This document shows, one piece after another, positions 26,961 to 40,719 of a stretch of DNA of 64,000 bases. Position 1 is the first letter of the stretch, and each line of letters begins with the position of its first letter. The DNA lies in NCBI GenBank assembly GCA_043228905.1, contig JBHGNT010000002.1, positions 25,668,001 to 25,732,000 on the forward strand. Reading direction: 5' to 3'. The position numbers were made by a program, and so were the translations under genes. Source of the DNA: Azolla caroliniana (lineage: Eukaryota > Plantae > Polypodiophyta). A model generated the notes under the pieces. It was not told the DNA's origin and searched no databases. It was given only the letters and a program-made list of their open reading frames with translations.

Positions 26961-29900
26961 ATGCTTCACAATCATACCGAATCTCTGCATTTCGTTGGGG
27001 TTCATGAAGAGACCATATCGACAACGACTTCATCGCCATATTCTTCTTCATCTTCCTCGTCATCATCACCAAATGATACCAACAGAGGAGGCAGGGTGAT
27101 CCATTACTCTCTGAAAAGGCAAGATGGGTCTCTAATACTGGCCGTAGTAGGAGTCGAGAGGAACTTTAGGCACGTTTCGTATGTCATCCAGGAGGAGTTG
27201 GAGACCCTCTTGGGGCTTGATAGATTAGATCCAATGGCCTCTAAATGGAGATCGAGGCGAGATGTTGTCGACTGGTTAAAGAGTTTCATACGGACAGAAT
27301 CCACCTTTTCTTCTTGGGAACCGAGCACCTTAGGTATGTTTGCCTAAAAGACAGTTAGTTTTTTCATGTTCTCTCTCTCTCTCTCCTATCTCTCTCCCTC
27401 ATTTCCCTGAACGTTACATGATGACATTGATGGGTCGAAGGATCTCATTCCCAACTGATTCATCAAAACTAGGCCTATTAGGTATGTCCTTAAATGAACC
27501 CGTTTTCTATACGATGAACGCATGTTTTTCGTTTTTTCTTTTTCATCGGGTTTTTTCTGACATTGCTGGTTAAGTTTTGGAGTTTCATTTAGAAGCTCTA
27601 CTTGGCTACGTGGTTCTTCTTAAACCAAATTACATTCTTTAAATAATTTTGTATTTATGACTCAAATTGACCTTTTTTTTTTCAAAGACTTAGGGTATCT
27701 TTGATTTGCCCAATAAATTAATCTGGAATACCAATCTTAGCCAAATTTCATAATTTTCGTTAAATATCAGTTTTTTTTTTGTCTTTCTTTCTTCCTCTCT
27801 TAATGTTTAGTTATTTGTTGATCGGTATAAGACATGCTTTAAATTTAAAAACCAGTATTTTTCTGCGAAGTTTTTCATATTCCTGTATCTGAGAGAAATT
27901 CAGTGGCCAAAGAATTCCAGATCTGACTACCAGCCCGCCCAACTGCCTGTTTTTCTTTCGGAGTTTTGGTTTTATTCTTCTCAGTAACCCAGTGTTAACG
28001 TTGAATGACACCATGTTTTGTGTTCTTGATGGATATGAAGCTTTCTGTACTCCCTACCTGTAGGCTTTCTGAATATTCAAAATATAGGTATGAATTTTTT
28101 ATTCTTTCTGAATTTGTACTCTATATGTTTGTTCTTTCGGAAATATATTTGTTTCATACATGTGGATCATCTTATTCAAGATTTTTGGTTCCCAAAATTT
28201 TCATTCTCTTTGAATATATCTATTTTGTTTGCTAACTGTCTCTGGCTCTTATTTGGTTTGAAGATCTTTGTGAAGTTTTATTTCCTCTGAAAAATGTCTT
28301 CTTTTGTTTGCAGATCGGCTGTTCTGAATTATAGCTTTTGAGATCTAAGATCTATTTTTCTTGTTTTCTTTATTTCAGGTTTTGATTGTTTTATTATCAC
28401 ATTAGATTCTTCTTTTGTATAGTTTCTATGGATCTCAGTTCAGCCAATGTATCCTCTAATTCTGTGGTTTTGTTGTGTTTATACTTAGATCTATGTATAT
28501 GGATATATGCGTTCATATGACTTCATACATGCACACACATATATTTGTGTGTTTATGTAGGACTCACTGTTTGTCTACATGGTTATCTATACATACCCAC
28601 ACCCACACCCCCACTCACACAGACTCACACACATTTACTCATGTATATGTGGTTGTGAGTTTCTTACTAGTTCAACAAGAAGACTGTTTTGTACATGTAG
28701 AATCGAAAAATATGTATTGTTTAGAACCTCGAGGTGTTAATGATAAATCTTTTTAAACTCGTCTACATTTTATTTGGATTTTTCTGCATTTTACAACGTA
28801 CACAGTTTTTATGGCAATGTTACAAATGTTCAGGAAATTTGAAGCTTAACAATGAGGTCCTATTTGACCAAGAAATGGGAGGAATCAAGCAAAAGGATGC
28901 TAATATTGAAAGAGAGACATATATGCAGGTACATCATTCAAATTCTATTTATATATGACCTTTTGCTTTTCAACACTGTTATGAAATTCTAGTTTTGCTG
29001 GATCATGAGATTTGAATGAGGATATTTTGGTGTACGTAGAAAACTGTCAAATGTATGCGCTTTTTTGCTGAGAGAATTATTGCATATATATTCTGAGCAA
29101 TAGAAACCATTCTATAGGAAACGCCTTTTGGCTATATACAACTTGTGGATCATGTAATGTTGGAAGATTTCAATCATGGTCATCCCCAGAGTTTGATGAC
29201 GATAACTTGCCAAGGTATTCACCTTTGTGCATTTATATCCTTATGATGCTTTGGGTGTTATTCCGGTTTACCCATTCTTGTTCTTAAACTGGCCTATGCT
29301 TTCTGTTTTCATGATAGACTCAAAGTCTACATTGATCTAGTCGATCAACGATTTTTGCACAATACATCAGATCCTTCTCAGGTGTACGTCTACCTGATGT
29401 TTTCATCTTTGTGCACAGCAGCCAGTCTTTTTCTTAGCTTGATCATGTTTTCCTGAAGCCCAAAATGCTGAATGGAAAAGAGCGTCTACTGTTGGCAACT
29501 TTTCATCCCAGGAGTCACATACCTGTGCTGGTTATTTTTCTCAGGTGACGCATTGTTCCTGCTTTATACAATGCCTCTGGAAGTATGAAGTCTGAAAGTA
29601 TTGATGAAGAAAAATGCAATTTCAATACAGAAAGGGCATTTGTTTTGATAGATTTCAGTCTTGTTTTGATTGAAAGCAAAGATTCTCTGGCACCTCACTC
29701 CAGACCTGGAAAATGTGATAAATGTTTCAGGTGTGTGGTCGAGAAATTTCCTTAAGAACCCTACCCGTTGCAAATTGCACTGAGTCTAGTATTTAGGATT
29801 AGGCTTTCTGGTATTGATAGATGTCACTGATTGAATAAAGGGTTCTGACAGCACTTTGTTGTTTGTGTTCCCTATGTTTTATTGCTGTATTTTTCTTATT

Positions 29901-32053
29901 TGCAGTAACTAATGGTTTCTGATGATGCATTTAACATTTTTCTACGAACACTTTTGCAGGGTCTTAAACCAACTAGAGAAATTATTTGGGTAGGAAAGTT
30001 CTGGTCATGCCATAAGCGATTTCGTCACTATTACTCTTTCCGTCGCAATGGAATCACAATATCTGTAAGTCATCTCTCATTCTTTTCATCCGTGGAAATA
30101 TTTGTGTACTTTTTAAGTCTTAACTCCTGTATTTTTAATGTTGTTTTTGCAGATAAATTCATTTGTTTATGTCATGTCTGAGGGTGGTGAACGACACATT
30201 GCATACATAGAAGATCTTTATGAGGACAAAAAATGTCAGAAAAAGGTGCGAGTACGCTGGTTTCATAAAACAGATGAGCTTGTAGGTTCTGTCCCCCCAC
30301 CTGCACCTGAGGCGAGAGAGATTTTTATGACACCATTCCCTCAAGTCTTGAGTGTTGAGTGTCTTGATGGGGGGGCCACAGTTTTGACTCCTGACCATTA
30401 TGAAAAATGTTTGTTGACAAATCCTGATTTTGCAGCACAAGTACATTTGTGCTACAGGCAGTTTGATAATGATGGGATTAAGCCTTTTGACTTTTCTAGT
30501 ATTAAAGGTTACTGGAACCAGCAATCTCTGTCCTTGATTGGTGTGACATGTCCCCGTGACCTCAGTCAGAGTTGTGATCTTGCAAGTGATAATGCAGAAA
30601 TCAATGAAGATGAGGAGAGACATTTAGTCACAGTGATTAAAAGAGGTCCGAGAGGTGCCAGAAGCTCAAGAAAACGGATTGGAAGGTTTGAAACTCCTCG
30701 CAAGGAAGGTAGTTTAACTCCCCAGCATGATGTCAGTTGTGACACAGCTGATGCTGCTACTGGAAGTGAGATTGAGCTACCTTCTGCCAGTGAAGGAGAA
30801 ATTGGCCATGTGAATCAGGTCACGTTTATTCCTGGTGACAAAGTAGAGATTCTGTGTGAAGACAGTGGAATGCGAGGTTGTTGGTTCCGATGTGTAATTG
30901 TGAAGAAAGATTTGCACACTTTGAAGGTCAGATATGAGGACCTGGAATCAGGAGATGACTGCGGGAACTTGGAAGTAAGTGGACGTGTGTGACAAATATT
31001 CAATTCCACTCCAAATAGAGGTTGCCTTTAATCTGACTTGTTGTCCTTTGTTGTGTAGGAATGTGTATCACTTAAGCGTGCAGCTGGCGGTGACAAGTTA
31101 GGGATTCGTGCTTCTGGTCGCCTGGCCATCAGGCCGTCACAAACTAAAATAGAAACTTTGTCTTCTTATGAGATTGGTACTGCTGTAGATTGTTGGTGGA
31201 ATGATGGTTGGTGGGAGGGTATAATATCTAGCAGGGAAGCATATGGAAAAGTTCGTGTATATTTTCCTGGTAAGGAATGCTTATTTACTCATTGTCTTCA
31301 TTTTCAAAGTATTTATGCCCTAAATTTCACGATTATTGTGCAGATGAAAATGAATTTGCATCATTCCTAGTTTCAGAACTCCGCATTTCAAAAGACTGGG
31401 TGAATGGTCGTTGGCTAGATGTAAAGGATGCAGCATCAATCTCAGAAAGATTGTTGACTGCAGAAGATTTGGATAATATTGTGGATGAAAGCAAGATTGT
31501 GTCTCAGGCCACTGTCAGACATGGAACATGTGCAGTGCAATCCATGTTAAGGATGACCAAGGATCCCAGAATTGATGAATCCTCAGGTCAGGTAAACAAA
31601 TCATCTGAATCTGGGCATCGCACTATTGATGACTCACACCAAAAGAATACTCAATCTGGCCTATCTAGGAGTTTTTTGGGACAGCAACTAGACATCTACA
31701 GGGACAAAGAAAATAAATCAGCAAGAGAGGTCATCACCTCTAATGGGGTGAAATGGAAGGTTTCAAGAAAGAGGCATCGTGAAGTTGATGCATCTGTTTC
31801 AGCAAGGTCTGAAAAATTACAAGTCATTGGTCGGAGGGATCCTATGTCAACTCTGGCAATGGATCATCTTCAAGGGAGAGAGATCCCCTCGTCAGATTCA
31901 ATCCAATCAAATAAAAAGAAAGAATCCAGAAAAGCTGAGATGAAGAGGTCTCAGCCTGGGCATCATGAGCAATCAAAGCCTATTAATGGCACACCAGTTA
32001 ATGGTTCGCTATTCAGTCCTGTGTCTCTAGCTAGCCTGGTGATGTCTAGATAA
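26961..32053 (+). CDS. BAH and Agenet (Tudor-like) domain-containing chromatin protein
   Basis: Exons: 26961-27333, 29118-29214, 29318-29381, 29960-30064, 30153-30974, 31059-31269, 31344-32053, all GT-AG and in frame (exons 2-3 less certain). Motifs: KWRSRRDVVDWL, YYSFRRNGITISINSFVYVM..IAYIEDLYED..VRVRWFHK (BAH), GDKVEILCEDSGMRGCWFRC and VDCWWNDGWWEG (Agenet). Confidence 0.92.
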
Positions 32054-33785
32054 AGACTACAGCTCCATGAAACTGTCCTGTATAATGTGCACCTTGGGAG
32101 AAACCATGTTAAGAAGCAATGTTCCAAAGGGAACATGTCTTTACATACACAAAAGTGTGAACACCCTCTGCTTTCTTCCGAATGCTGGGTTGTTGTTTTC
32201 TTTGGTACAGAATATAAATGAATCACCTACGAACGTCAAAGGATTAGGATTATAAAAGATGTGCTCATCCTTATGTGTTTAGTGTGCACAAGTACTCATT
32301 TTATCTGCTTTGGCAGATTGTAACAGTTTTTGTGGAACCTTTTTGGTTGCACAGATTTAACCAAAATTAACATCAGCTAATTTGTACGAATTTCTTCTCT
32401 CCAGTCTCTATTCTGATGTTTTTCACTCATCTTGTTCTTCTCTCTTGAATTTCTTCGCACTCTATTTTTGTAGTCATCTAATTGTACATGTTATAGATGG
32501 GTGAAAGATGTGTGTTGTTTTCCAGTACATACATTCAGTACGCATGGCAATGTGTTGGCTCTGCTATATTTCTCAGGGTAATGTGAGCAATTATTCCTCC
32601 TGTGCATGAGGATACAGCCAGTCTATTACTAGCATTAATATGGCATTAATACCTGCTATATATGTACTGCATTGTGAAGATAATGATTCCCATATTGCTC
32701 AACTAGATAACAAAATAGGTATCCTCCATTGTGAACAGACTGGAAAATAGATAATGTACCATTCCAATCAGGGTATATACCTGTGTAAAACGTCTGAATC
32801 ATAATTTCTGGGTAAGGCTGACAACTGAATCATAATTCTAAATGATAATGGAGATGAAAACCAACCTCTTACCCATGGGTTGTGGGGAACTCTAATAGTT
32901 TCCTTGTTTAACCTTCAATAACACTATACTTTCCTAAGCACCACTTGCATATTCCTTAGTTAATAATGCTAAAGTTCATAAACAACCTACGTGGTAGAGA
33001 TAACCAGAAGGATAAATTATTGTTAGTATAACTCACTTAATGAGGTTAAAGTTCATACACTAACGTACTAAGTTTGATGGGGCTCGTAGGGCTTTGTCAA
33101 GGCATTTAATGACTAGGAGAGTTCAACATATACGGTAAACATTCACACAGACCTTGTAACTGCTCACAGCAAATTAGGAACAAGATTTACATATGCGATA
33201 AAAATTATTGGTAGTGATTAAGCTCCAAAAAGATCCTTTTCTCATTGGCTAAGAATGAAGGGCAAAGGATTTACTATATTTCTATTTACAGCATTCGTTT
33301 AGAAGATAATAAGCTTGGTATAAACCGAAAGGACAAGGAATATCTAGAAGATAATGAAATTTATCCCAAAATTACTTTTGTTAACCCAAAAAAAGACATC
33401 TACAACTTAAATTCCTATAATGCATCTATAACATGTGAAACTCAAAAACTAAAACTTAGAATGCCTTGATACTGATGGTTTGATTATGATAAAATAGCAT
33501 AGCACCATAGCAATGACATTCTTCAGCATCAGGTCCAATGATGATGCTTTTATTTTGTTAGCATACATATAAATGTGATGCTTTGTTGCCCAATGGTCAA
33601 TAGCATTTACAGCATTTATGTTTTATCATTGAACTTCCACATTGAAAGGTACAAAAAACAATTGAACTAAGATGATCATAATTTACGTCACAGCACTAGA
33701 TAGATGTTTATGGATGTACAGACTATCCCAAAAAAGTCTAGAATATTTCTGGATACAAAATAAATATCTAACAGCACAATGATGG

Positions 33786-36495
33786 CTACCTAGTGTCCTC
33801 CATGTGATGATCGGTTTCTTGATCCATACCTCTATCTTCAGAAGAAGATGCTGCAAGATTTGAGGTTGCTTTCTTAGCTACTTGATCTTCAATAGCTTCT
33901 AGAAATGACAGAACTGTGAAGTTGTCTGCAAGCGTCAATTGACAAGATGTTATTAGTAAAGGGAAGAAAAACGTTCTGAGGTATATAGTAATGAGTACTC
34001 ACAATTGAGCATCAATCAACAGGATAATATTAGGAAATGTTGCATATGAAAGATAAGTGTTCTGAGCAATTTAGTAAAAAGCACTCACAATTGCTAGAGT
34101 CAATTCCAAACTGGCTAAGATCAATTTGTCCACTCCTAAGTACCTAAAATATTTCATGGAAGCTGTCAAAAAGACAAAGATTGAAGGAAAAACATACTGC
34201 CACAACTGCATACTCTTACAGACATGGGTGAATGCATCTACTTGCTGATGAAACTGTGGACTTTGTAATAATTCCGCAATGGCTTGTGGAGTCCATGAAC
34301 CCTGTCAATGAGAATACAAGAAAAACTTACATTGGTAACCTATACACCACACATACTTGAAAATTTTAGACTTTACAGTACTACCTCTGGTAAAAATTGA
34401 GTCAAATTTTCATCCAGAAGAGAACTGTCAAGAAGTGGAATGACAAGCTCAGGTTTTAGCAGATCAGTGAGACTTGGTCCTGATGGCAAGATTCAGGGGG
34501 AAAATAACATTATATAGATCTCCGAAGTATGTCTACTGATGTGGAAAGAAGATATGACAGTTGGAAGTGAAGAGGGAAAGAAAGAAACCTGTATCTTGTT
34601 GTAATAAACCTTGCAGAATAGAATACAGATCATAAAAACACAACACATCATTATTCCTCTCTATATATCTCCAGCTTAGACACTAATTAAAATGTGCAAA
34701 AAGAGGTCTAACCTGAACCTAATGTCCCTGAGACTGGTGTGATGGAGCTCAAAATTCTCTGCAAATCAGCCAGTTGGACAGCACCTTCAGTAGAAGCAAT
34801 TTGAGGTACAATGGGAACAGCAGAAAATGGAAGATTTTCCCCATCCATTTTGCTTTATCCATAGGAGTGTAGCTCAATGTCAGATATGGTAAAATGGTGA
34901 AAAATGAAAAAACTGAATACATGATAAATAAAACTCTTATTGTGCAATTGAACTCTTCTTTCTATCCTGAGAACACGTTCAAAAATGAGCATGAACATGA
35001 AATATAATAATTCTACCAATATTGGTAAGCAATTTTGAGAACACAAACTCGAAAATTAAATCATTATCCTTTGGCGAGCCAATCTAGTCATATGTCAAGT
35101 TTTCAAGATCCTGTTTGACTTTGAAAAACATACTTTGTCAAGTAGCATCGTGTGTTCATGTTTTCTTTGATGTGAAATTTCTATCTTTCACTGCAGCAAG
35201 AGCTTGTGATTACAAAACAAAATCTTTTCCAATCCATGTAAATTTTCATGATGTTGAATGTACTCTTTCCAAGACATCTCAAATAAACTCTTCCCAAGAC
35301 ATCTCAAAGCAATTTTCTTGGAATGTCCATCTCTAATATTTTAAGAATGTGTAAGGTTACCTTATTAGGACTCTTTCCAACTTCTCAACCACTATTCTAT
35401 TGGTAACTTAGATGTGGAGAGCTACATGGTTTCTGTTATCCTGATAAATGTTTTTTTTTTGTTTGAGTGAAAGTTTGCATTTCTGCTGTATACTGCTCCT
35501 CTGGAATGATTCAATCCCAGTTGTTTACAATATTTAAAAATAACTACAGAAACACGTCCTGGGCTAGGAAACACTTGACACACCTTTCCTGACCATGTGC
35601 AGATTGCTAGCAACTTAAATTGGCATTCACCAAACCTTATCAATCAGCATCATATGTGTTGTAAAAACTATACTTCATAATATTTGGTCATTAGCAAGAC
35701 ATCTTTGCTAGAACATCATTACCGTTGCCAGGTTGTACAATTCCACATTGTGATGTGGTGGAATGAAAATAGAGAGAATGTAAATACTAGGGTCTGTGGT
35801 GTTGTAGGTTTGTAATATTAAGGTGGATGCATTGTGAATGAGTTTTAACCTTATTTCTGCAACTTGAGAAGACGATTCTTCTCCAAAATGTACATTATCC
35901 TCCTCTTCTTCATCAGATTCTGAAACAGACATTCCAACACGTAAATGAGGTGGAAAAAAAAGAGAAAAGAATATAGTACTCTTCTAAACATAATGATCAG
36001 AGTCTAAAATAAACCTGGGGAGGGATAATTTAGGAAGTAATCAACAGTGTCACAGATTTCTGAGTCTCTTTTCTCATCTGGTTCCTACAATATATTACAC
36101 AATTACAAAATGGAAGTAACACAATATTTCAACTGCAGTTAGTAGTACTGATTTACCTGCATCCAAAAAAAGTACTTCCTATCATCTTGTTTGAAATTTA
36201 GTAAATAAACACGACCACTGGATTGTTGGACCTGAATAAACAGAATAAGTAAATTTCAGTGTGAAAAATAAATAAATAAATGTGCAATCGTCCTCCTTAC
36301 CTTTTCAAAACTAGCTTCATGGGGAAACACAAGTATATCCTGGTTCAAATCAAGGAAATTCAATAACGTGCTCAACATAAATGATATGGAAAAAACTGCA
36401 TTGAACAAAGAAGTAGTTTCCAGTAGGATACATCATCAGGGTAATCCTGTGACCTTTCTTTCCATTGAACCCGCAAAAATCCTTCACCCTGCATA

Positions 36496-36567
<72 letters not shown>

Positions 36568-39500
36568 TTGGGAATGTAGTTATCATGCTTTTGTTGTATG
36601 CTGATGATGTGGTGTTTTCAGGAATACTTTAGGTGATATACAAAAGTGTAGAGTTTTGCATGCATACTAAGTTGAATGTCAATAGCTCTAAAACAAAGAT
36701 TATGCTTGTGAAGAGTCAAAGTAAGGATACACCATGCATTGTGTACAATAAGCCACTTGAAATTGTGAAAATCTTTAAATACCTTGGCCTTGAAGTTCCT
36801 TAACATCATACATGGAATAAATGGCTACCTAATTCTTAGAGGTGGGAAAGAGGGCATATTATGCATTTGAGAACACATGCAATCATGGAAAAATTAAGTG
36901 TTGGGTCTTCAAGAAATAGCTTTTTGACACTTTGGTGACAATGGCGGGGTGGAAGTATGGGGCAGTAGCATCCCTAATTCATTTGGAAAGTGTTTGAAAA
37001 TGTGCAAAAGTATTTTCTTATAAAGTTTCTCCAAGTCAAGCAACAAATTCCATTGAGATGGGATCACTTCCCATTGAGATCATGGCCATCGAAGGGTTGT
37101 CGAATACATGCTTGAGGTTCAAAAAAGTACCTCACATTAATTTCCTAGAATCACACAATAAGCAACCAAAAGACAAATAAAAGCAAAAAATTGTGTTCCA
37201 ATTGGATGCAAGTTATGAAAAAATGGTGTGGAAGATAGGATGCAACTGACTTGTTTCATGATGCATCAATAGATTCCTCTATGAATGAGGCCTTTTTGCA
37301 ACACCAATGTATCATGACATGGGAAATTTGTGGAGGCTCACATTTCACACATTATATTTACATATGTTGCACCTGATTACAAAACCATATTCTTTGCCAA
37401 GTGGGGAAACCACAAACATCAATACATGTTAGAGGCCATCCCATTGTCTACTATCCGAAGCAATGCTTCAATGTGACGTAGATCACACTCGCTACAATGT
37501 GAGAGTAGGTGTTGGGGCACAAGTGATGAGAGTAGTTGACTATGCACACTTTGTCCTAAACATATTTAGGAGTCTGAGTATCAATCTTTGATAGAAATGC
37601 TCTAACTTTGAAAACATTTGACTATGCTTTCCACACATCTTCAACCAAACCCAATACTTTCACCATTTCTCCTGCGGTTACAATGTGCACTCACAATTGT
37701 GACATTCATCAATAATGTTCTTGAACATCGAGACTCACAACTCACTTTCATGTGAAAATGTTATAATTTTAGTCTCATAGTCATATTTAACCCCTGAAGA
37801 CAATAATAAGCTCTCTCTTTTGAAACAAGTTTAAGAGTCAATAGTATTAACTTTGATGCAATGTGCTACATTCAACCACATTCAAGTTTGCCTTACACAT
37901 ATTGTTAATCTCGTCTACTCCATATACTCATTCCTCTCACAATCACAATTTGCATTCCTGATTGCAATATTATTAGTAAAATTCTTGGACATTGAGGGTC
38001 ACTACTAATTTCCATACATGTTACGTAGAAATATTTCACTTATGATCCCATTGGTCCTATTTGACCTCCAATGACGATAATAGATATCTTTCTCGCTTTC
38101 CATATTGAATTTGTGAAGTATCAAGCCACAAGTAGGACAAGATGAGCTCAATTAGACTTTGAGAAGGTAGTGGGAAAATATCTCAAAGACCTTAGACTTT
38201 GCTAACCATGTGAAGGAGGTGTATTACAGGATGGCACACATGTATTATTGGAGTGTCCAGCATATATAACAATCACACTAAGCATTTTTATTAGATCCAA
38301 CTTGCTCGCTAGTTTCTTTGATATTCTCAAACCTCCAAATAAGAGCATGCACTCGAATATACACATCAGACAAAGTTGGAGGAGACTAATGCAATTCTAT
38401 ACGAGGAAGCATTATATGAATTTTCCAATGACTTATGTATTGTATGATCGTCTCATAGATACGATGGTCTCATAGAAATGCTAAAACATTCTCTTCTCTT
38501 TGCATTAGTGATGTACCTAGTGGTAAGCCATAATTTCTTGGGCAATTGGGTTCGAATCATACAAGTTGCAGTACTTGGCTAGATGAGACTGCTAAATGTA
38601 GGATGATCTTGTGTTCCCTGTCAACTGATATGAATCTACTTTATCTCTCTTTCCATTGATGCCAATCAGTCTCCCATGGATGTTAAAAATTTATCTCAAA
38701 GAAGGAGGATTTATACAGTTGACTATAGTCCATTCAAGTTACTAATTAACATAAATCTGAAGTGCCAAATTCACAGAAACACCCATGGTTACAGTAGAAA
38801 TCAATTTTAATAATGATAAATTATCATATAACGTCTACCTCTATTAACCTCAACAATATACGATCTCCAAAGAAAATCATACAAACAATGGAAACTAACA
38901 GTTCTCGAAGAATATTTACCTATGCTAACCAGAACAAGAGTGAAGATCTACAAAGAAAGTTGCTAAGTTATCAATAATGCAACAATGAATCATCCACAAA
39001 GAAAAACATGAAAACGAATGATAACTTCTTTCTCTGCTTATGTCAACTGACCTCACATGCATATGATTTGCAAAGGAAATCAGAAAGCTACTGAATCACA
39101 TCTATTTCTGCCGACCTCAAAAATGTCTCATTGACAAAGAACACCGTGAAACTGTCTGATAACCTCATATTTTATATATTCTATCAAGAATATAAGAGGC
39201 TATATGATAAAATATAACTTTTATAGCCTCAACAACATATATGACCTACAAAGAAAATCATGCAGCTATGCCTAGCTCACATAACCTCGGGAATGTATAC
39301 AATCTACAAAAAGAGCTGTAAAGATATTGAATAACCCTTACATCTTCTAACCTCAAGATGTATATGATCTCAAGTTGGAGCAATTGTAAATGCACTACTA
39401 ACCAGAACAATGTAGGATTATTGATCTCGACAAATGTATATGTTTTATTAACCACAACAACATATGCACTCATCAGATGTAGATATTCAATCGACCTCAA

Positions 39501-40534
39501 CAAATGTCTATGCTCTACTAACGTCAAGAAGTATATAAGGTCTATTAGCCTCGACAATATGTCAACTCTATTCATCTCAATAAATGTATACGATCTACTG
39601 AAGTCAACAAACTTTGAACAAGAAAAATGTCTACACTGTATTAACATCAAGACGTGTATAAGGGTCTATTAGACTCAACAAAATATGAACTCTATTAATC
39701 TCAATAAATGTATACGATCAACTGCAGACAACAAACTTTGAACAAGAAAAATGTATATTCTACTAGAACAAATGTTATGCTCTAATAACCTCAAAAAATG
39801 TGCATGCTTTATTAACCTCAACAAATGTTATGCTCTATTAATAGTAACAAATGCACATGCTCTATGAACCTCAAGAAATGGATATGATCTCCTGACCTCA
39901 ACATATTTACAAACCCCACAAATGTTTAGAGTCTATTAACCTCAACAAATGCATACTTCTACTAAACTCAACAATGTGCATGCTCTATTAACCTCAGAAA
40001 ATGTATATGCTTAACTAATCTCAGCAATTTATGAGCTCTACAAATGTTTAAATTACAAACTTCATCAAAGTTCTATGCTCTATTCTATTAATCACAAAAA
40101 CCTATGAGCTGGACAAATGCATAAATCTATTAACTTGAAAAATAAATAACCTTGACAAACGTATGTGTTCTATTAACTTCAACAATTGTGCATGCCATAC
40201 AGAAAGAAATCCAACAACAAAGAAGGAAAAAAAACTATATTTTCCTCCGATGCGCAACCAAACGAGGAACAAATACAAGGTACAAGACTCGCCTGTATTA
40301 GCCTGAGCATGCCTTTCCTGAGGTCTGGCCTCACAGTTCTATTCTCAACGATCATCTTCCCCATCCGGGCTTCTAGAAGGAGCTCCTATAAGAAAAGGCA
40401 AAACAGAAAGGTTAAAATACAGCGAGAGAGATCTATTCGCGTGGAAATAGATTGACGAAGAAGAAGAATAAAGTAACCTCGTTGCTATCCGGACCGAGGA
40501 CTCGAGCTGCAGTGGAAGGGGAAGGAGACGCCAT
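33786..40534 (-). CDS. RPN13: 26S proteasome ubiquitin receptor RPN13 (ADRM1; Pru + DEUBAD domains)
   Basis: Exons (-): 40534-40478, 40385-40293, 36488-36432, 36339-36301, 36231-36157, 36084-36015, 35919-35850, 34852-34713, (34609-34589?), 34479-34385, 34301-34224, 34143-34089, 33925-33786. Translation includes [96 protein letters not shown] and FTVLSFLEAIED. Confidence 0.93.
36501..36567. repeat. (CT)n(CA)n compound microsatellite beside the RPN13 exon-3 acceptor
   Basis: Direct sequence. Confidence 0.95.
36568..37820 (+). mobile_element. Degenerate RTE-clade LINE (RT C-terminal half to 3' end) in RPN13 intron 2
   Basis: GNVVIMLLLYADDVV (YADD motif) at ~36570-36615 and FKYLG at ~36774. Homologous to 50890-51400 (-). 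Ends TCTCATAG-TCATATTT..GACAATAAT. Confidence 0.8.
38150..38480 (+). mobile_element. RTE-like LINE 3' fragment
   Basis: RLC..C....D..HVLLECPAY motif (C-terminal zinc-knuckle-like region of RTE ORF). Confidence 0.5.
38830..40190. repeat. Degenerate ~27-bp minisatellite (consensus ~CTCTATTAACCTCAACAAATGTATATG) in RPN13 intron 2
   Basis: Many diverged units, clearest at 39760-40030. A higher-order ~123-bp duplication lies at ~39523 and ~39646. Confidence 0.8.
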
Positions 40535-40719
40535 TGAAGCTTTCTCTGTCTGTTTCTGTTTCTGTCTCTGTCTCTGTCTCGGTCTGTGCGTGCGTGTGCG
40601 CAAAAGCTTGGTCAAAATTTAGGAGACACAGCCCGGGAAATAGTTTTTAAGGCCAAGACCAGACGCAAATAAATCCCTTCTTTTCTGTCTCTCTCTCTCT
40701 CTCTCTTTCGTTTTATCGT

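Noticed and set aside
38513-38560. CCTAGTGGTAAG...TTGGGTTCGAATC tRNA-like boxes
   Set aside because: No cloverleaf; at most a tiny SINE relic.
39258-39672. 130-aa and 104-aa ORFs
   Set aside because: By-products of the 27-bp minisatellite inside the RPN13 intron.
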